A DNA stretch of 64,000 nucleotides from an uncultured Deefgea sp. (GCA_963508915.1 CAUOZE010000007.1:55-64054); one strand, 5' to 3'; shown: positions 1-11,959, counted from the first letter of the stretch. Program-made: numbers and translations. The notes: generated by a model from the letters alone, not told the origin.

Positions 1-118
1 TGTATCTATCACCGTAACTTTGATCTGCCCAGTAGCTATGGAGCAAGGTTTGCGTTTCGCAATTCGCGAAGGTGGTCGTACTGTTGGCGCTGGTGTTGTT
101 GCCACTGTTCTTGTTTAA
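1..118 (+). CDS. tuf: Elongation factor Tu, 3' end (partial)
   Basis: Frame from nt 2 reads ...[29 protein letters not shown], the EF-Tu C-terminus, directly upstream of rpsJ. Confidence 0.97.
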   Translation, partial: VSITVTLICPVAMEQGLRFAIREGGRTVGAGVVATVLV

Positions 119-129
119 GGAACATGTAA

Positions 130-441
130 ATGCAAAACCAAAAAATTCGTATCCGTTTGAAAGCATTTGACTATGCTTTGATTGATCGTTCAGCTCAAGA
201 AATCGTTGAGACTGCAAAACGTACTGGTGCTGTTGTTAAGGGTCCAATTCCTTTGCCAACTAAAATCGAGCGTTTTGACATCTTGAGCTCACCGCACGTT
301 AACAAAACTGCGCGCGATCAATTTGAAATTCGTACACACTTGCGTATGTTGGATATTGTTGATCCAACAGACAAAACTGTGGATGCTTTGATGAAGCTTG
401 ACTTGCCAGCTGGCGTTGATGTAGAAATCAAATTGAACTAA
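130..441 (+). CDS. rpsJ: 30S ribosomal protein S10
   Basis: [14 protein letters not shown]...SPHVNK...QFEIRTH. Confidence 0.99.
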   Translation: MQNQKIRIRLKAFDYALIDRSAQEIVETAKRTGAVVKGPIPLPTKIERFDILSSPHVNKTARDQFEIRTHLRMLDIVDPTDKTVDALMKLDLPAGVDVEIKLN

Positions 442-473
442 TGTTTTGAATTTGATGTGAGTGATTAAAAAAC

Positions 474-502
474 TTGCATCAAACAAAAACATGCGATAGT
501 AT
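474..502 (+). promoter_or_regulatory. Putative sigma70 promoter for the rplC operon
   Basis: TTGCAT-N17-TAGTAT upstream of rplC. Confidence 0.6.
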
Positions 503-504
503 CT

Positions 505-545
505 CGGGCTTGCCATTTATTGTGGCAAGCCCGTTTTATTTTTTA
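505..545 (+). terminator. Intrinsic terminator/attenuator after rpsJ
   Basis: Perfect 11-bp stem CGGGCTTGCCA/TGGCAAGCCCG followed by a T-rich tract. Confidence 0.75.
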
Positions 546-593
546 ATAGTCATAGCCAGTCAATCGTAACTGGCCCTTGAAAAGGGAATAACT

Positions 594-1238
594 ATGAGCT
601 TAGGTCTTGTAGGTCGCAAAGTCGGCATGACCCGCGTATTTGCTGAGGATGGTGCTTCCATTCCAGTAACTGTGTTGGACATGGCTGCTAATCGCGTCAC
701 GCAAATCAAAACTCTGGAAGCTGACGGCTACTCTGCTGTTCAGATAACTTTCGGTACAAAGAAAGCAAGTCGAGTAAATAAGGCTGAAGCTGGTCATTTT
801 GCAAAAGCAGGCGTTGAAGCAGGTTTGGCACTCGTTGAGTTCCGTATCCCAGCTGAAAAAGCTGCTGAGCTAAAAGCTGGTGATGCTTTGTCTGTTGAGT
901 TGTTTAGTGTTGGTCAAATGGTTGATGTTACTGGTACTAGCCAAGGTAAGGGTTGGGCTGGTGTTATCAAGCGTTATCATTTTGCTTCTAATCGTGCAAC
1001 GCACGGTAACTCACTATCGCATCGTTCTGCTGGCTCTATTGGTCAAGCACAAGATCCGGGTCGTGTTTTGCCGGGTAAACGCATGGCTGGTCAGCTCGGT
1101 AATGTTCAGCGTACCGTGCAAAACCTTGAAATCGTGCGTGTTGATGCTGAGCGTCAATTGTTGCTCGTTAAGGGTGGTGTACCAGGCTCCAAAGGCAATG
1201 ACGTTATCGTTCGTTCGAGCGTTAAGGCAGGTGCATAA
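594..1238 (+). CDS. rplC: 50S ribosomal protein L3
   Basis: [29 protein letters not shown] motifs. Confidence 0.99.
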   Translation: MSLGLVGRKVGMTRVFAEDGASIPVTVLDMAANRVTQIKTLEADGYSAVQITFGTKKASRVNKAEAGHFAKAGVEAGLALVEFRIPAEKAAELKAGDALSVELFSVGQMVDVTGTSQGKGWAGVIKRYHFASNRATHGNSLSHRSAGSIGQAQDPGRVLPGKRMAGQLGNVQRTVQNLEIVRVDAERQLLLVKGGVPGSKGNDVIVRSSVKAGA

Positions 1239-1858
1239 TGGAACTTAAAGTTGTTAATACGAAAGGCGAGGCTCAAGTGGCTTTTGCTGCTTCTGAAGAC
1301 TTGTTTGGTCGTGAGTTTAATGAAGCCTTGGTTCATCAAGTAGTTACTGCTTATTTTGCAAACGCTCGTAGCGCTAATCGCGCTCAATTGGGTCGTGGCA
1401 ATGTTAAGCATTCTACAAAGAAACCTTGGCGTCAAAAAGGTACTGGCCGTGCTCGTGCTGGTATGACATCTTCTCCGTTGTGGCGTGGTGGTGGTCGTGC
1501 ATTCCCGAACAGCCCTGACGAGAATTTCTCGCATAAAGTTAACCGTAAAATGTACCGTGCTGGTATTGCGACTATCGTATCGCAACTGGTTCGTGAAGAG
1601 CGTTTGGTTGTGGTTGACTCTTTTGCGCTAGAAGCACCTAAAACTAAGGCTTTTGCTCAAAAATTGGCAGAAATGCAGCTCGATAACGTGCTCATTGTAA
1701 CCAAAGAATTGGACGAAAACTTGTACTTGGCTTCACGCAATCTTCCGCATGTTTTGGTGTTGGAGGCTGCTCAGGTTGATCCAGTAAGTTTGGTGCGCTT
1801 CAAGAAAGTTGTGTTCACGCGTGATGCACTACAGGCTTTTGAGGAGTTGTTTGCATGA
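1238..1858 (+). CDS. rplD: 50S ribosomal protein L4
   Basis: [15 protein letters not shown]...SPLWRGGG. Confidence 0.99.
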   Translation: MELKVVNTKGEAQVAFAASEDLFGREFNEALVHQVVTAYFANARSANRAQLGRGNVKHSTKKPWRQKGTGRARAGMTSSPLWRGGGRAFPNSPDENFSHKVNRKMYRAGIATIVSQLVREERLVVVDSFALEAPKTKAFAQKLAEMQLDNVLIVTKELDENLYLASRNLPHVLVLEAAQVDPVSLVRFKKVVFTRDALQAFEELFA

Positions 1859-2160
1859 TCAAAATCGCAGAAAATCGCATGCTTCAAGTGATTTTGGCGC
1901 CAGTAGTGTCTGAAAAAAGCACTATGATTGCCGAAAAAACTGAACAAGTCGTATTTCGTGTAGCTACCGATGCGACTAAAGCAGAAATCAAGGCCGCTGT
2001 TGAGCTTCTCTTTAAAGTGAAGGTTGATGCTGTCAACGTAGTTAATGTTAAAGGTAAGTCTAAGCGTTTCGGCCGTACTAATGGTCGTCGTAAAGATTGG
2101 AAAAAAGCTTATGTTAGCTTGGTTTCCGGTCAAGAACTTGACCTTGCAGCTGCGCAATAA
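1855..2160 (+). CDS. rplW: 50S ribosomal protein L23
   Basis: PVVSEKS...WKKAYV; operon position. Confidence 0.99.
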   Translation: MIKIAENRMLQVILAPVVSEKSTMIAEKTEQVVFRVATDATKAEIKAAVELLFKVKVDAVNVVNVKGKSKRFGRTNGRRKDWKKAYVSLVSGQELDLAAAQ

Positions 2161-2171
2161 GGGGACTAATC

Positions 2172-3005
2172 ATGGCATTGGTAAAAGTTAAGCCGACATC
2201 GCCCGGTCGCCGCGCAGTCGTTAAGGTAGTAAGTCCTGACCTCCATAAAGGTGCTCCTTACGCTCCTTTGTTGGTTAAGAAATCTAAAACTGGTGGTCGT
2301 AATAACAACGGTCACATCACTACTCGTCATATCGGTGGTGGCCATAAGCAGCATTATCGCTTGGTAGACTTCCGTCGCAATAAAGACGGTATCGTCGCTA
2401 AAATAGAGCGTTTGGAATACGATCCAAACCGTACAGCAAACATCGCTTTGTTGTGCTACGCGGATGGTGAGCGTGCTTACATTATTGCCCCAAAAGGCTT
2501 GACTGCAGGCATGACTGTAGTTTCTGGTTCTGATGCGCCGATTAAAGTGGGTAATACACTTCCAATCCGCAATATTCCAGTGGGTTCTACAATCCATTGC
2601 ATCGAAATGCAGCCCGGTAAGGGCGCACAAATTGCTCGCTCTGCTGGTACTAGCGTTCAATTGTTGGCTCGTGATGGTGCTTATGCTCAATTACGTCTTC
2701 GCTCGGGCGAGATTCGTAAAGTGCATGTGGATTGCCGCGCAACAATCGGTGAGGTGGGTAATGGTGAGCATAGTCTACGTTCATACGGTAAAGCTGGTGC
2801 TAAGCGCTGGTTGGGTATCCGCCCGACAGTACGTGGTACAGCGATGAATCCGGTGGATCATCCGCACGGTGGTGGTGAAGGTCGTACTGGCGAAGGTCGT
2901 GTCCCTGTTAGTCCATGGGGGCAACCAGCTAAGGGCTATCGTACGCGTCGTAACAAGCGTACTAGCAATATGATCGTGCGCCGTCGTCCAGCGAACAAGA
3001 GGTAA
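2172..3005 (+). CDS. rplB: 50S ribosomal protein L2
   Basis: [26 protein letters not shown]. Confidence 0.99.
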   Translation: MALVKVKPTSPGRRAVVKVVSPDLHKGAPYAPLLVKKSKTGGRNNNGHITTRHIGGGHKQHYRLVDFRRNKDGIVAKIERLEYDPNRTANIALLCYADGERAYIIAPKGLTAGMTVVSGSDAPIKVGNTLPIRNIPVGSTIHCIEMQPGKGAQIARSAGTSVQLLARDGAYAQLRLRSGEIRKVHVDCRATIGEVGNGEHSLRSYGKAGAKRWLGIRPTVRGTAMNPVDHPHGGGEGRTGEGRVPVSPWGQPAKGYRTRRNKRTSNMIVRRRPANKR

Positions 3006-3010
3006 TGTAA

Positions 3011-3286
3011 ATGGCACGTTCTCTTAAAAAGGGTCCATTTGTTGACCTGCACTTGTTGAAAAAAGTTGAGGCTGTTCGCGCAACTAATGACAAGCGCCCA
3101 GTTAAAACTTGGTCACGTCGTTCAACAGTATTGCCAGACTTTGTTGGTCTGACTATTGCTGTGCATAATGGTAAGCAGCATATCCCTGTTTACGTTAATG
3201 AAAACATGGTTGGCCATAAGTTGGGTGAGTTTGCACTGACCCGTACTTTTAAAGGTCACGCCGCGGACAAAAAATCCAAGCGATAA
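3011..3286 (+). CDS. rpsS: 30S ribosomal protein S19
   Basis: [10 protein letters not shown]...[10 protein letters not shown]. Confidence 0.99.
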   Translation: MARSLKKGPFVDLHLLKKVEAVRATNDKRPVKTWSRRSTVLPDFVGLTIAVHNGKQHIPVYVNENMVGHKLGEFALTRTFKGHAADKKSKR

Positions 3287-3295
3287 GGTGAAGAC

Positions 3296-3625
3296 ATGCA
3301 AGTATCTGCTGTACTAAGCAACACTCGCCTCTCCGCTCAAAAAGCGCGGCTAGTCGCTGACCTCGTCCGTGGCAAGCCAGTTGAGCAGGCGTTAAATATT
3401 CTGGCCTTCAGCCCTAAAAAGGGTGCTGTACTGATTAAGAAGGTTTTGGAGTCGGCTATTGCCAATGCCGAGCACAATGAAGGTGCCGATATCGACACTC
3501 TCAAAGTGAAAACGATTTATGTGGACAAAGGACCTTCTTTGAAGCGTTTTACTGCACGTGCTAAAGGCCGTGGCAATAAAATCGAGAAGCAAACTTGCCA
3601 CATTACGCTGACTGTTGGCGATTAA
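3296..3625 (+). CDS. rplV: 50S ribosomal protein L22
   Basis: [10 protein letters not shown]...RFTARAKGR. Confidence 0.99.
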   Translation: MQVSAVLSNTRLSAQKARLVADLVRGKPVEQALNILAFSPKKGAVLIKKVLESAIANAEHNEGADIDTLKVKTIYVDKGPSLKRFTARAKGRGNKIEKQTCHITLTVGD

Positions 3626-3635
3626 GGAGCGACTC

Positions 3636-4340
3636 ATGGGTCAGAAAATTCATCCGACGGGTTTTCGTTTGCCTGTCACCAAAAATTGGTCCTCGCGTTG
3701 GTATGCAAACAGCACTAACTTTGCAAAAATGCTTAACGAAGATATCGAAGTTCGTGCATTTTTGAAGAAAAAGTTGGTTGGTGCTGCTGTTAGCCGTATC
3801 GTTATTGAGCGTCCAGCAAAAAATGCAAAAGTTACAATCTATTCGGCTCGTCCGGGTGTTGTAATTGGTAAAAAAGGCGAAGATATCGAGCAATTGAAAC
3901 TTGCCTTGCAAAAAATCTTAAATGTTCCTGTTCATGTGAATATTGAAGAGGTGCGCAAGCCTGAGATCGATGCTCAAATTATCGCTGATAGTATCACTGC
4001 GCAATTAGAAAAACGTGTGATGTTCCGTCGTGCCATGAAGCGCGCAATGCAAAATGCAATGCGTCTTGGTGCCCAAGGTATCAAAATCATGTCATCTGGT
4101 CGCTTGAATGGTATCGAGATCGCACGTACTGAATGGTATCGTGAAGGCCGCGTTCCATTGCATACATTGCGTGCTGATATTGATTATGCAACTTCAGAAG
4201 CTAATACTACTTACGGTATTATTGGTGTTAAGGTTTGGGTTTACAAAGGTGACTTGAAGCCGGGTGAACGTGTAGCCGCAGAAGTAGTAGAACCACAGAA
4301 GAAACCACGTAAGGGGCCACGAAATGCTGCAGCCAACTAG
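3636..4340 (+). CDS. rpsC: 30S ribosomal protein S3
   Basis: [12 protein letters not shown]; start set at ATG 3636 after an AGGAG RBS. Confidence 0.99.
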   Translation: MGQKIHPTGFRLPVTKNWSSRWYANSTNFAKMLNEDIEVRAFLKKKLVGAAVSRIVIERPAKNAKVTIYSARPGVVIGKKGEDIEQLKLALQKILNVPVHVNIEEVRKPEIDAQIIADSITAQLEKRVMFRRAMKRAMQNAMRLGAQGIKIMSSGRLNGIEIARTEWYREGRVPLHTLRADIDYATSEANTTYGIIGVKVWVYKGDLKPGERVAAEVVEPQKKPRKGPRNAAAN

Positions 4341-4740
4341 ACTTAAGTACCGCAAGGTTCAAAAAGGTCGTAACACTGGTATTGCTACACGTGGTAATAC
4401 TGTTGCGTTCGGTGAGTTCGGTTTGAAAGCAATTAGCCGTGGTCGTTTGACTGCGCGTCAAATTGAATCTGCTCGTCGTGCGATCACTCGTTACATCAAG
4501 CGTGGTGGTCGTGTTTGGATTCGTGCTTTTCCGGATAAGCCAATCTCTACAAAACCTGCTGAAGTTCGTATGGGTGGAGGTAAAGGTTCTCCTGATTACT
4601 ACGTTGCAGAAATTCAACCTGGTAAAGTTTTGTACGAATTGAATGGTGTATCTGAAGAAGTGGCTCGTGAGGCGTTCCGTTTGGCGTCTGCTAAGTTGCC
4701 ATTCGCAGTGACCATGGTTTCTCGTCAAGTGGGGCAATGA
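4324..4740 (+). CDS. rplP: 50S ribosomal protein L16
   Basis: [11 protein letters not shown]...RMGGGKG. Confidence 0.99.
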   Translation: MLQPTRLKYRKVQKGRNTGIATRGNTVAFGEFGLKAISRGRLTARQIESARRAITRYIKRGGRVWIRAFPDKPISTKPAEVRMGGGKGSPDYYVAEIQPGKVLYELNGVSEEVAREAFRLASAKLPFAVTMVSRQVGQ

Positions 4741-4928
4741 TGAAAGCAACTGAACTACAACAAAAAACCGTTGAAGAGCTGAAAGGCGAATTGACGTCGT
4801 TGTTGAAAGCCCAGTTTAGTCTTCGCATGCAGCATGCGACAGGCCAATTGGCTAACACCAGCGAGATCAAACGTGTGCGCAGAGATGTTGCACGTGTTCT
4901 TACTGTTCTGAATCAGAAGGCTGCTTAA
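4737..4928 (+). CDS. rpmC: 50S ribosomal protein L29
   Basis: [10 protein letters not shown]...RRDVARVLT. Confidence 0.98.
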   Translation: MMKATELQQKTVEELKGELTSLLKAQFSLRMQHATGQLANTSEIKRVRRDVARVLTVLNQKAA

Positions 4929-4929
4929 T

Positions 4930-5193
4930 ATGAGCGAAGCAAAACTCAAGCGTACGCTGACTGGTCGAGTGGTTAGCGCTAAGATGGATAAAACTGTAAC
5001 TGTTTTGGTGGAGCGTTTGGTTAAGCATCCACTTTACGGCAAGATGGTTCGTCAATCTAAAAAGTATCATGCACATGACGAAACTAATCAGTACGCTGAT
5101 GGTGATTTGGTTGTGATTGCAGAGTGCCGTCCATTGTCTAAAACCAAAAATTGGACAGTGACAGCGCTAGTAGAAAAAGCACGCGCTGCTTAA
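4930..5193 (+). CDS. rpsQ: 30S ribosomal protein S17
   Basis: [11 protein letters not shown]...ECRPLSKTK. Confidence 0.99.
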   Translation: MSEAKLKRTLTGRVVSAKMDKTVTVLVERLVKHPLYGKMVRQSKKYHAHDETNQYADGDLVVIAECRPLSKTKNWTVTALVEKARAA

Positions 5194-5216
5194 TTTAATA
5201 AATTAAGCATAAATGC

Positions 5217-5258
5217 TTGTGTGGGCATTCTGCTTTGTGTAGAATGCCCTCTTTTCTT
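5217..5258 (+). promoter_or_regulatory. Putative spc-operon promoter overlapping the S10-operon terminator hairpin
   Basis: TTGTGT(5217)-N17-TAGAAT(5240); stem GGGCATTCT/AGAATGCCC (5223-5249) followed by TCTTTTCTT. Confidence 0.6.
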
Positions 5259-5382
5259 GTGGTGCTCTATGAGTTCCACTGTTTTCCCTTCGGGATCCAA
5301 AACTAGCCGCTATTGGCTCGGTACATCCGGGCACCTGGTAAACCAGGCTAATTAAGCGGGTTAAGTTGGAGGTTTGTCTTAA

Positions 5383-5751
5383 ATGATTCAAATGCAATCA
5401 AAGCTAGATGTTGCTGATAACACTGGTGCACGTTCTGTTATGTGCATTAAGGTTTTGGGTGGCTCTAAGCGTCGTTATGCGTCTGTTGGCGACATCATCA
5501 AGGTAAGCATTAAAGATGCTGCACCTCGTAGTCGTGTCAAAAAAGGCGATGTATACAATGCGGTTGTAGTTCGTACTGCTAAAGGTGTACGTCGTGCTGA
5601 TGGCGCGCTTATCAAGTTTGATGGTAACGCTGCTGTTCTTCTTAATGCAAAACTTGAGCCGATCGGCACTCGTATCTTCGGGCCAGTTACGCGTGAATTG
5701 CGTACAGAGCGTTTTATGAAGATCGTGTCACTCGCGCCAGAAGTTCTTTAA
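5383..5751 (+). CDS. rplN: 50S ribosomal protein L14
   Basis: [16 protein letters not shown]...RIFGPV. Confidence 0.99.
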   Translation: MIQMQSKLDVADNTGARSVMCIKVLGGSKRRYASVGDIIKVSIKDAAPRSRVKKGDVYNAVVVRTAKGVRRADGALIKFDGNAAVLLNAKLEPIGTRIFGPVTRELRTERFMKIVSLAPEVL

Positions 5752-5763
5752 GGGGTATCCAGC

Positions 5764-6084
5764 ATGAACAAGATTCGCAAAGGCGATGAAGTAATCGTTC
5801 TCACTGGCAAAGATAAGGGTAAGCGCGGTACCGTACTTACTTCTATTCCAGCTGAAGGTCGTGTTGTGGTTGAAGGTGTTAATATCGTTAAAAAACATCA
5901 AAAACCAAATCCAATGCGCGGCGTTCAAGGTGGTATCGTTGAGCTGACTAAATCAGTTGACGTATCTAATGTAGCTATTTTCAATGCTGCGACTGGCAAG
6001 GCTGATCGTGTTGGCTTCAAGACTCTTGAAGACGACAAGAAAGTTCGTGTGTTCAAGTCTAGTGGCGAAGTAGTTGGCGGCTAA
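5764..6084 (+). CDS. rplX: 50S ribosomal protein L24
   Basis: [20 protein letters not shown] motif. Confidence 0.99.
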   Translation: MNKIRKGDEVIVLTGKDKGKRGTVLTSIPAEGRVVVEGVNIVKKHQKPNPMRGVQGGIVELTKSVDVSNVAIFNAATGKADRVGFKTLEDDKKVRVFKSSGEVVGG

Positions 6085-6095
6085 GGAGAATCGAT

Positions 6096-6635
6096 ATGGC
6101 TCGTTTTCAAGAGATTTATGAGAACCAGATTGTTCCGAAATTAGTCGAGCAATTCGGTTACAAGTCTGTAATGCAAGTGCCACGCATCGAAAAAATCACC
6201 ATTAACATGGGTGTCGGTGAGGCAGTTGCAGATAAAAAAGTAATGGATTTCGCCGTTGGCGACATGCAGAAGATTGCCGGTCAAAAACCAGTGGTTACTA
6301 AGTCTAAAAAGTCTATTGCTGGCTTCAAGATTCGTGATAACTACCCAGTTGGCTGCAAAGTGACTCTGCGTCGTGAACGTATGTTTGAATTCCTTGATCG
6401 CCTAATCACAATCGCGCTTCCGCGTGTTCGTGACTTCCGTGGTGTTGGTGGCAAGTCCTTTGATGGACGTGGCAACTTTAACATGGGTGTGAAAGAGCAA
6501 ATTATCTTCCCGGAAATTGAGTACGATAAGATTGATGCGCTTCGTGGTATGAATATCACGATCACAACTACGGCTAAAACTGACGATGAAGCACGTGCTC
6601 TGCTCGCTGCCTTCAAATTCCCGTTTAAGACTTGA
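6096..6635 (+). CDS. rplE: 50S ribosomal protein L5
   Basis: [10 protein letters not shown]...FDGRGN...EQIIFPEI. Confidence 0.99.
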   Translation: MARFQEIYENQIVPKLVEQFGYKSVMQVPRIEKITINMGVGEAVADKKVMDFAVGDMQKIAGQKPVVTKSKKSIAGFKIRDNYPVGCKVTLRRERMFEFLDRLITIALPRVRDFRGVGGKSFDGRGNFNMGVKEQIIFPEIEYDKIDALRGMNITITTTAKTDDEARALLAAFKFPFKT

Positions 6636-6642
6636 GGCGATC

Positions 6643-6948
6643 ATGGCAAAACTTGCACTGATTAAACGTGAGGCTAAGCGTGTTGCTACTGTTGCGAAAT
6701 TCGCAACAAAGCGCGCTCAGCTCTTGGTCGTTATTAACGATCAAAATGCGAGTGAGGAAGAACAATTCCAAGCTCGTTTGAAACTCCAGCAACTTCCACG
6801 TAACGCATCTCCAGTACGCTTGCGCAATCGCTGCGCATTGACTGGTCGTTCACGTGGGGTATACCGCAAATTCGGTCTCGGTCGCAGCAAGCTGCGTGAA
6901 CTCGCCTTCAAAGGCGAAATCCCGGGTCTGGTCAAAGCTAGCTGGTAA
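6643..6948 (+). CDS. rpsN: 30S ribosomal protein S14
   Basis: [10 protein letters not shown]...[12 protein letters not shown]; true start ATG 6643. Confidence 0.98.
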   Translation: MAKLALIKREAKRVATVAKFATKRAQLLVVINDQNASEEEQFQARLKLQQLPRNASPVRLRNRCALTGRSRGVYRKFGLGRSKLRELAFKGEIPGLVKASW

Positions 6949-6963
6949 TAGGAGAGAAAACAC

Positions 6964-7356
6964 ATGGCAATGCATGATCCTATCGCCGATATGCTAACTC
7001 GTATCCGCAATGCACAACGTGCCGACAAAGCTGCTGTGGCTATGCCGTCTTCGAAACTGAAGGTAGCAATTGCTAAAGTTTTAGTTGAAGAAGGTTATGT
7101 CGAATCGTTTACCGTTGCTGGCGATGTTAAGCCGGTTTTGACGATTGAATTGAAATACTACGCAGGTCGCCCAGTTATTGAGCGTCTTGATCGTGTTTCT
7201 AAGCCAGGCCTGCGCGATTACCGCGGTGCTGGTGACATTCCAAATGTAATGAATGGTCTTGGTGTGGCGATTGTGTCTACATCCAAGGGTGTGATGACCG
7301 ACCGCAAAGCGCGTGCCAATGGTGTTGGTGGCGAGCTTTTGTGCATCGTTGCTTGA
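6964..7356 (+). CDS. rpsH: 30S ribosomal protein S8
   Basis: [13 protein letters not shown]...SKPGLR. Confidence 0.99.
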   Translation: MAMHDPIADMLTRIRNAQRADKAAVAMPSSKLKVAIAKVLVEEGYVESFTVAGDVKPVLTIELKYYAGRPVIERLDRVSKPGLRDYRGAGDIPNVMNGLGVAIVSTSKGVMTDRKARANGVGGELLCIVA

Positions 7357-7368
7357 TGAGGTATCACA

Positions 7369-7902
7369 ATGTCACGCGTAGCTAAAAGTCCGGTAACAAT
7401 TCCGGCAGGCGTAGAAGTTAATATTGCCTCAGGTGAAATAGTGGTTAAAGGTCCTAAGGGTTCTTTGGCTCAACCAATAGTTTCGGATGTAACTGTAAAG
7501 ATCGAAGATGGCAATGTCGTTTTCGCAGCTAATGGCAATAGCAAATTTGCTCGCGCTATGTCTGGTACTTTACGTGCTCTGGTTAATAATATGGTTAACG
7601 GTGTATCTAAGGGTTTTGAGCGTAAATTGACACTCGTTGGTGTCGGTTATCGTGCTCAAGCTCAGGGCGAAGTATTGAACCTATCATTGGGTTTCTCTCA
7701 TCCAGTTGTTCACGCAATTCCTGTAGGGATTACTTGCGAGACTCCAACTCAGACTGAGATCCTATTGAAAGGTGCCGATAAACAACTTATTGGTCAGGTT
7801 GCTGCAGAGATTCGTGCGTACCGTTCACCAGAGCCTTATAAAGGCAAGGGTGTTCGTTATTCTGATGAAGTTGTGGTTATCAAAGAAACCAAGAAGAAGT
7901 AA
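7369..7902 (+). CDS. rplF: 50S ribosomal protein L6
   Basis: GVGYRA...[11 protein letters not shown]. Confidence 0.99.
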   Translation: MSRVAKSPVTIPAGVEVNIASGEIVVKGPKGSLAQPIVSDVTVKIEDGNVVFAANGNSKFARAMSGTLRALVNNMVNGVSKGFERKLTLVGVGYRAQAQGEVLNLSLGFSHPVVHAIPVGITCETPTQTEILLKGADKQLIGQVAAEIRAYRSPEPYKGKGVRYSDEVVVIKETKKK

Positions 7903-7915
7903 TCGAGGCTGAATC

Positions 7916-8269
7916 ATGGATAAGAATCAAAGTAGACTTCGTCGTGCACGTAAAACCCGTGCCAAGATTGCGGAGCTCAAGGTTGTGCGCTTGTCGGTCC
8001 ATCGTACCAATAGCCACATGTACGCCCAAATTATTGATGTAACGGGCGGCAATGTTTTGGCTGCAGCTAATACTCTGGAAGCAGGGTTGCGCGCTGAAGT
8101 TAAAAATGGTGGCAGCGTTGCAGGTGCAACTGCTGTTGGTAAGTTGATTGCTGAACGTGCAAAAGCAGCTGGTATTGAAGCAGTTGCGTTTGACCGTTCC
8201 GGTTTCCAGTACCATGGCCGCGTTAAAGCGTTGGCTGATGCTGCTCGTGAAGCTGGCCTGGCCTTCTAA
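7916..8269 (+). CDS. rplR: 50S ribosomal protein L18
   Basis: [16 protein letters not shown]. Confidence 0.99.
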   Translation: MDKNQSRLRRARKTRAKIAELKVVRLSVHRTNSHMYAQIIDVTGGNVLAAANTLEAGLRAEVKNGGSVAGATAVGKLIAERAKAAGIEAVAFDRSGFQYHGRVKALADAAREAGLAF

Positions 8270-8288
8270 TTGAGTTTGGAGTTGAATA

Positions 8289-8804
8289 ATGGCTAAGAAC
8301 GAAAGAGAAGAAGTCAAGGACGGTCTACTCGAGAAAATGGTTAGCGTTAATCGCGTAACCAAGGTTGTTAAGGGTGGTCGTATCCTCGGCTTTGCAGCAC
8401 TTACTGTTGTTGGTGACGGTGATGGTAGTGTTGGTATGGGTAAAGGCAAATCTAAGGAAGTGCCTGTAGCTGTACAAAAAGCAATGGAAGAAGCTCGTCG
8501 TAAAATGGTTAAAGTTAGCTTGCGTAATGGTACTGTGCAACACACAGTATTCGGAAAGCACGGCGCTACGACTGTATTTATGCAGCCAGCTCCAGAAGGT
8601 ACTGGTATTATTGCGGGTGGTCCAATGCGCGCAGTGTTTGAAGTGATGGGTATTCATAACATTACTGCAAAATGCCATGGCTCAACTAATCCATACAATA
8701 TCGTTCGTGCGACATTGGATGGTTTGGCTAAATTGCATACCCCATCTGATATTGCTGCTAAACGCGGTAAAGCAGTTGAAGAAGTTCTTGGGGGTGCGCA
8801 ATGA
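8289..8804 (+). CDS. rpsE: 30S ribosomal protein S5
   Basis: [11 protein letters not shown]...GTGIIAGG. Confidence 0.99.
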   Translation: MAKNEREEVKDGLLEKMVSVNRVTKVVKGGRILGFAALTVVGDGDGSVGMGKGKSKEVPVAVQKAMEEARRKMVKVSLRNGTVQHTVFGKHGATTVFMQPAPEGTGIIAGGPMRAVFEVMGIHNITAKCHGSTNPYNIVRATLDGLAKLHTPSDIAAKRGKAVEEVLGGAQ

Positions 8805-8986
8805 GCGACGTAAAAACAATTAAGGTGACTCTGGTTAAAAGCTTGATTGGTCGTCTTGAGGCTCATAAAGCATGTGCTCGTGGTTTGGGTTTGCGTCGTA
8901 TGAACAGCTCAGCTGTTGTAATCGATACGCCTGCAAATCGTGGCATGGTTAATAAAATCAGCTACTTGCTAAAGGTGGAGGGTTAA
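8801..8986 (+). CDS. rpmD: 50S ribosomal protein L30
   Basis: [11 protein letters not shown]...[11 protein letters not shown]. Confidence 0.98.
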   Translation: MSDVKTIKVTLVKSLIGRLEAHKACARGLGLRRMNSSAVVIDTPANRGMVNKISYLLKVEG

Positions 8987-8987
8987 T

Positions 8988-9422
8988 ATGCAACTCAATA
9001 ACCTAACTCCTGGTGTAGGCGCAAAACATGCTTCTAAGCGTGTTGGTCGCGGCATCGGTTCTGGTTTGGGCAAAACTTGTGGTCGTGGTCATAAGGGTCA
9101 AAAATCCCGTACTGGCGGTTTCCATAAAGTGGGTTTTGAAGGCGGTCAAATGCCTTTGCAACGCCGTTTGCCTAAGCGTGGTTTCGTATCTCTTGCTAAA
9201 GGCAAGAATGCAGAAATTACTCTGTCTGAATTAAATGCTTTGCCAATTGGTGAAGTAGACTTGCTAAGTCTTATTCAGGCTGGTTTGATTTCTCAGCATT
9301 CTTTGACTTGCAAAGTTGTTTTGTCTGGCACAATTGAGCGCGCTGTAACTGTGAAAGGTTTGGGCGTGACTAAGGGTGCTAAGGCTGCAATCGAAGCTGC
9401 TGGTGGTTCAATTAGCGAGTAA
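8988..9422 (+). CDS. rplO: 50S ribosomal protein L15
   Basis: [19 protein letters not shown]...FEGGQMPL. Confidence 0.99.
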   Translation: MQLNNLTPGVGAKHASKRVGRGIGSGLGKTCGRGHKGQKSRTGGFHKVGFEGGQMPLQRRLPKRGFVSLAKGKNAEITLSELNALPIGEVDLLSLIQAGLISQHSLTCKVVLSGTIERAVTVKGLGVTKGAKAAIEAAGGSISE

Positions 9423-9451
9423 TGCTGTAAATCAATAGGATAGGGCAGAAC

Positions 9452-10756
9452 GTGGCAAATCCCGCTTTGGCTGGCTCAGCAAATAAATTTGCTGATCTCA
9501 AGAAACGGATCTGGTTCGTCGTAGGTGCACTGATCGTATATCGTATCGGTGCACATATTCCAGTTCCGGGTATTAACTCTGCAGAACTGGCGAATTTGTT
9601 CCATTCGTCACAAACTGGCTTGTTGAACATGTTTAACATGTTCTCTGGTGGTGCCTTGGAGCGTTTCACCGTATTCGCTATTGGTATCATGCCATATATC
9701 TCGGCGTCGATTATTGTTCAACTCGCCGGCGAGGTACTGCCTTCCTTGAAGCAGCTGAAAAAAGAGGGTGAATCTGGTAAGCGTAAGCTTACTCAATACA
9801 CCCGCTATTTCACTGTTCTTTTGGCTACGGCACAAAGTTTTGGTATTGCAATGATGTTGTTCCGTCAGCCTAATTTGGTTGTGATGGATCAGGGAATCTT
9901 TGTTGCTGTAACGATGATTTCCTTGGTTACGGGAACTATGTTTTTGATGTGGCTTGGTGAGCAGATTACTGAGCGCGGAATGGGTAATGGTATTTCTATT
10001 CTCATTTGTGCTGGTATTGCCGCTGGCGTTCCTTCTGCAATTGCTAAAACATTAACATTATCCACTCAGGGATCTTTACCAATTTTGTTGGTATTGTTCT
10101 TGTTTGTTGGTGTTGTGCTTTTAACTGCTGCAGTGGTATTTGTTGAGCGTGGTCAACGTAAAGTTCCCATTCAATATGCAAAGCGTCAGGTTGGTAACCG
10201 CCTAATGCAGGCGCAAAGTTCATTTTTGCCATTGAAAGTAAACATGGCAGGTGTTATTCCGCCGATTTTTGCTTCTTCGATCATACTTTTTCCTGCTACG
10301 GTCTTGTCGTGGACAGGCAATAACGAAAAATTGACTTGGCTTAAATCGTTGGGTGATATGCTTCATCCAGGGCAGCCGCTGTATGTATTGTTCTATGCTG
10401 CTGCTATTATCTTTTTCTGTTTTTTCTATACAGCTCTCGTGTTTAGTCCAAGAGAAACTGCGGATAACCTTAAAAAGAGTGGCGCAATGGTTCCTGGGTA
10501 TCGTCCTGGTGATCATACAGCCAAGTATGTAGAGAAAGTAATTTTACGGTTAACGTTGGTTGGTGCTGTATACATTACAATCATTTGTTTGATCCCTGAG
10601 TTTCTGATTTTGAAATGGAATGTGCCATTCTATTTTGGCGGTACTTCACTGCTAATTATGGTTGTGGTAACAATGGATTTCATGGCTCAGTTGCAATCTT
10701 ATGTGCTTTCCCATCAGTATGAAGGCTTGTTAAAGAAAGCAAACTTTAAGGGTTAA
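9452..10756 (+). CDS. secY: Preprotein translocase subunit SecY
   Basis: Multi-TM protein, [25 protein letters not shown]; GTG start. Confidence 0.99.
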   Translation: MANPALAGSANKFADLKKRIWFVVGALIVYRIGAHIPVPGINSAELANLFHSSQTGLLNMFNMFSGGALERFTVFAIGIMPYISASIIVQLAGEVLPSLKQLKKEGESGKRKLTQYTRYFTVLLATAQSFGIAMMLFRQPNLVVMDQGIFVAVTMISLVTGTMFLMWLGEQITERGMGNGISILICAGIAAGVPSAIAKTLTLSTQGSLPILLVLFLFVGVVLLTAAVVFVERGQRKVPIQYAKRQVGNRLMQAQSSFLPLKVNMAGVIPPIFASSIILFPATVLSWTGNNEKLTWLKSLGDMLHPGQPLYVLFYAAAIIFFCFFYTALVFSPRETADNLKKSGAMVPGYRPGDHTAKYVEKVILRLTLVGAVYITIICLIPEFLILKWNVPFYFGGTSLLIMVVVTMDFMAQLQSYVLSHQYEGLLKKANFKG

Positions 10757-11002
10757 GATGGTTCTTTGTATAAGCCCTGTCTAACAAACCTTTGTAATAT
10801 TCCCAGTCTGATTGTTTCTTGCTGGGAATGTTGCATAAATCGGACGTGCGGTTCTTGTTTTACTTCCCAGAAAGTATTGGATGCTATATTATTCAGTCCC
10901 TCTTGGATTGCATGGTTGCAGTTTTTGTGATCATAAAACAAGTTCTGTATTGTATTCCAGCCTTTGGGTTGGGATTTTATTTTTGATCGTAAAGGATAGA
11001 CC

Positions 11003-11116
11003 ATGAGAGTTCAGGCATCGGTCAAGAAAATCTGCCGTAATTGCAAAATTATCCGTCGCAACCGAGTTGTGCGTGTAATTTGTACAGACCCACGGCACAA
11101 GCAGCGCCAAGGTTGA
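11003..11116 (+). CDS. rpmJ: 50S ribosomal protein L36 (Zn-binding type)
   Basis: Manual translation [37 protein letters not shown]; below the ORF-track cutoff. Confidence 0.98.
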   Translation: MRVQASVKKICRNCKIIRRNRVVRVICTDPRHKQRQG

Positions 11117-11174
11117 TTCTTAGAATCAATTTTTGGAGTTAGTATCCACGACTTTTTAACCTGGGGTAAGAAGT

Positions 11175-11537
11175 ATGGCCCGTATTGCTGGGGTTAATAT
11201 TCCCAATCATCAGCATGCTGTGATCGGCCTTCAGGCTATTTTTGGTATCGGCCAAACTCGCGCTAAAGCGATTTGTGCTTCTACTGGAATTGAGCCTAGT
11301 AAGAAGGTAAAAGATCTCAGTGATGTTGAACTCGAAAAACTGCGTGACGAAGTAGGCAAGTTCACTATTGAAGGTGATCTACGTCGTGAAGTAACCATGA
11401 ACATCAAGCGTCTTATGGACCTTGGCTGCTACCGTGGTTTACGTCATCGTAAAGGCTTACCTTGTCGCGGTCAGCGTACAAAAACCAATGCACGTACTCG
11501 TAAGGGTCCGCGCAAGGCTATCGCTGGCAAGAAGTAA
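11175..11537 (+). CDS. rpsM: 30S ribosomal protein S13
   Basis: [10 protein letters not shown]...[14 protein letters not shown]. Confidence 0.99.
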   Translation: MARIAGVNIPNHQHAVIGLQAIFGIGQTRAKAICASTGIEPSKKVKDLSDVELEKLRDEVGKFTIEGDLRREVTMNIKRLMDLGCYRGLRHRKGLPCRGQRTKTNARTRKGPRKAIAGKK

Positions 11538-11552
11538 CTAAGGACATAAATT

Positions 11553-11945
11553 ATGGCTAAAGCAAACACAGCTCGTGTACGTAAGAAAGTCAAGAAGAGC
11601 GTATCTGAAGGTATCGTGCACGTTCACGCTTCTTTCAACAATACGATCATTACCATCACTGATCGCCAAGGCAATGCTTTATCTTGGGCTACCTCGGGCG
11701 GTGCTGGTTTCAAGGGCTCTCGTAAAAGTACACCTTTTGCTGCACAGGTTGCCGCAGAAGCTGCTGGTAAAGTTGCCCAAGAATATGGTGTTAAGAACCT
11801 CGAAGTTCGTATCAAGGGTCCGGGCCCAGGTCGCGAATCTGCAGTGCGTGCATTGAACGCGCTTGGTTTCAAGATCACCAGTATCTCGGATGTGACGCCT
11901 GTTCCACACAACGGCTGCCGTCCGTCGAAGAAGCGTCGTATCTAA
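11553..11945 (+). CDS. rpsK: 30S ribosomal protein S11
   Basis: ASFNNTI...RKSTPFAA...[11 protein letters not shown]. Confidence 0.99.
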   Translation: MAKANTARVRKKVKKSVSEGIVHVHASFNNTIITITDRQGNALSWATSGGAGFKGSRKSTPFAAQVAAEAAGKVAQEYGVKNLEVRIKGPGPGRESAVRALNALGFKITSISDVTPVPHNGCRPSKKRRI

Positions 11946-11959
11946 ATCTGGAGTAAGAA

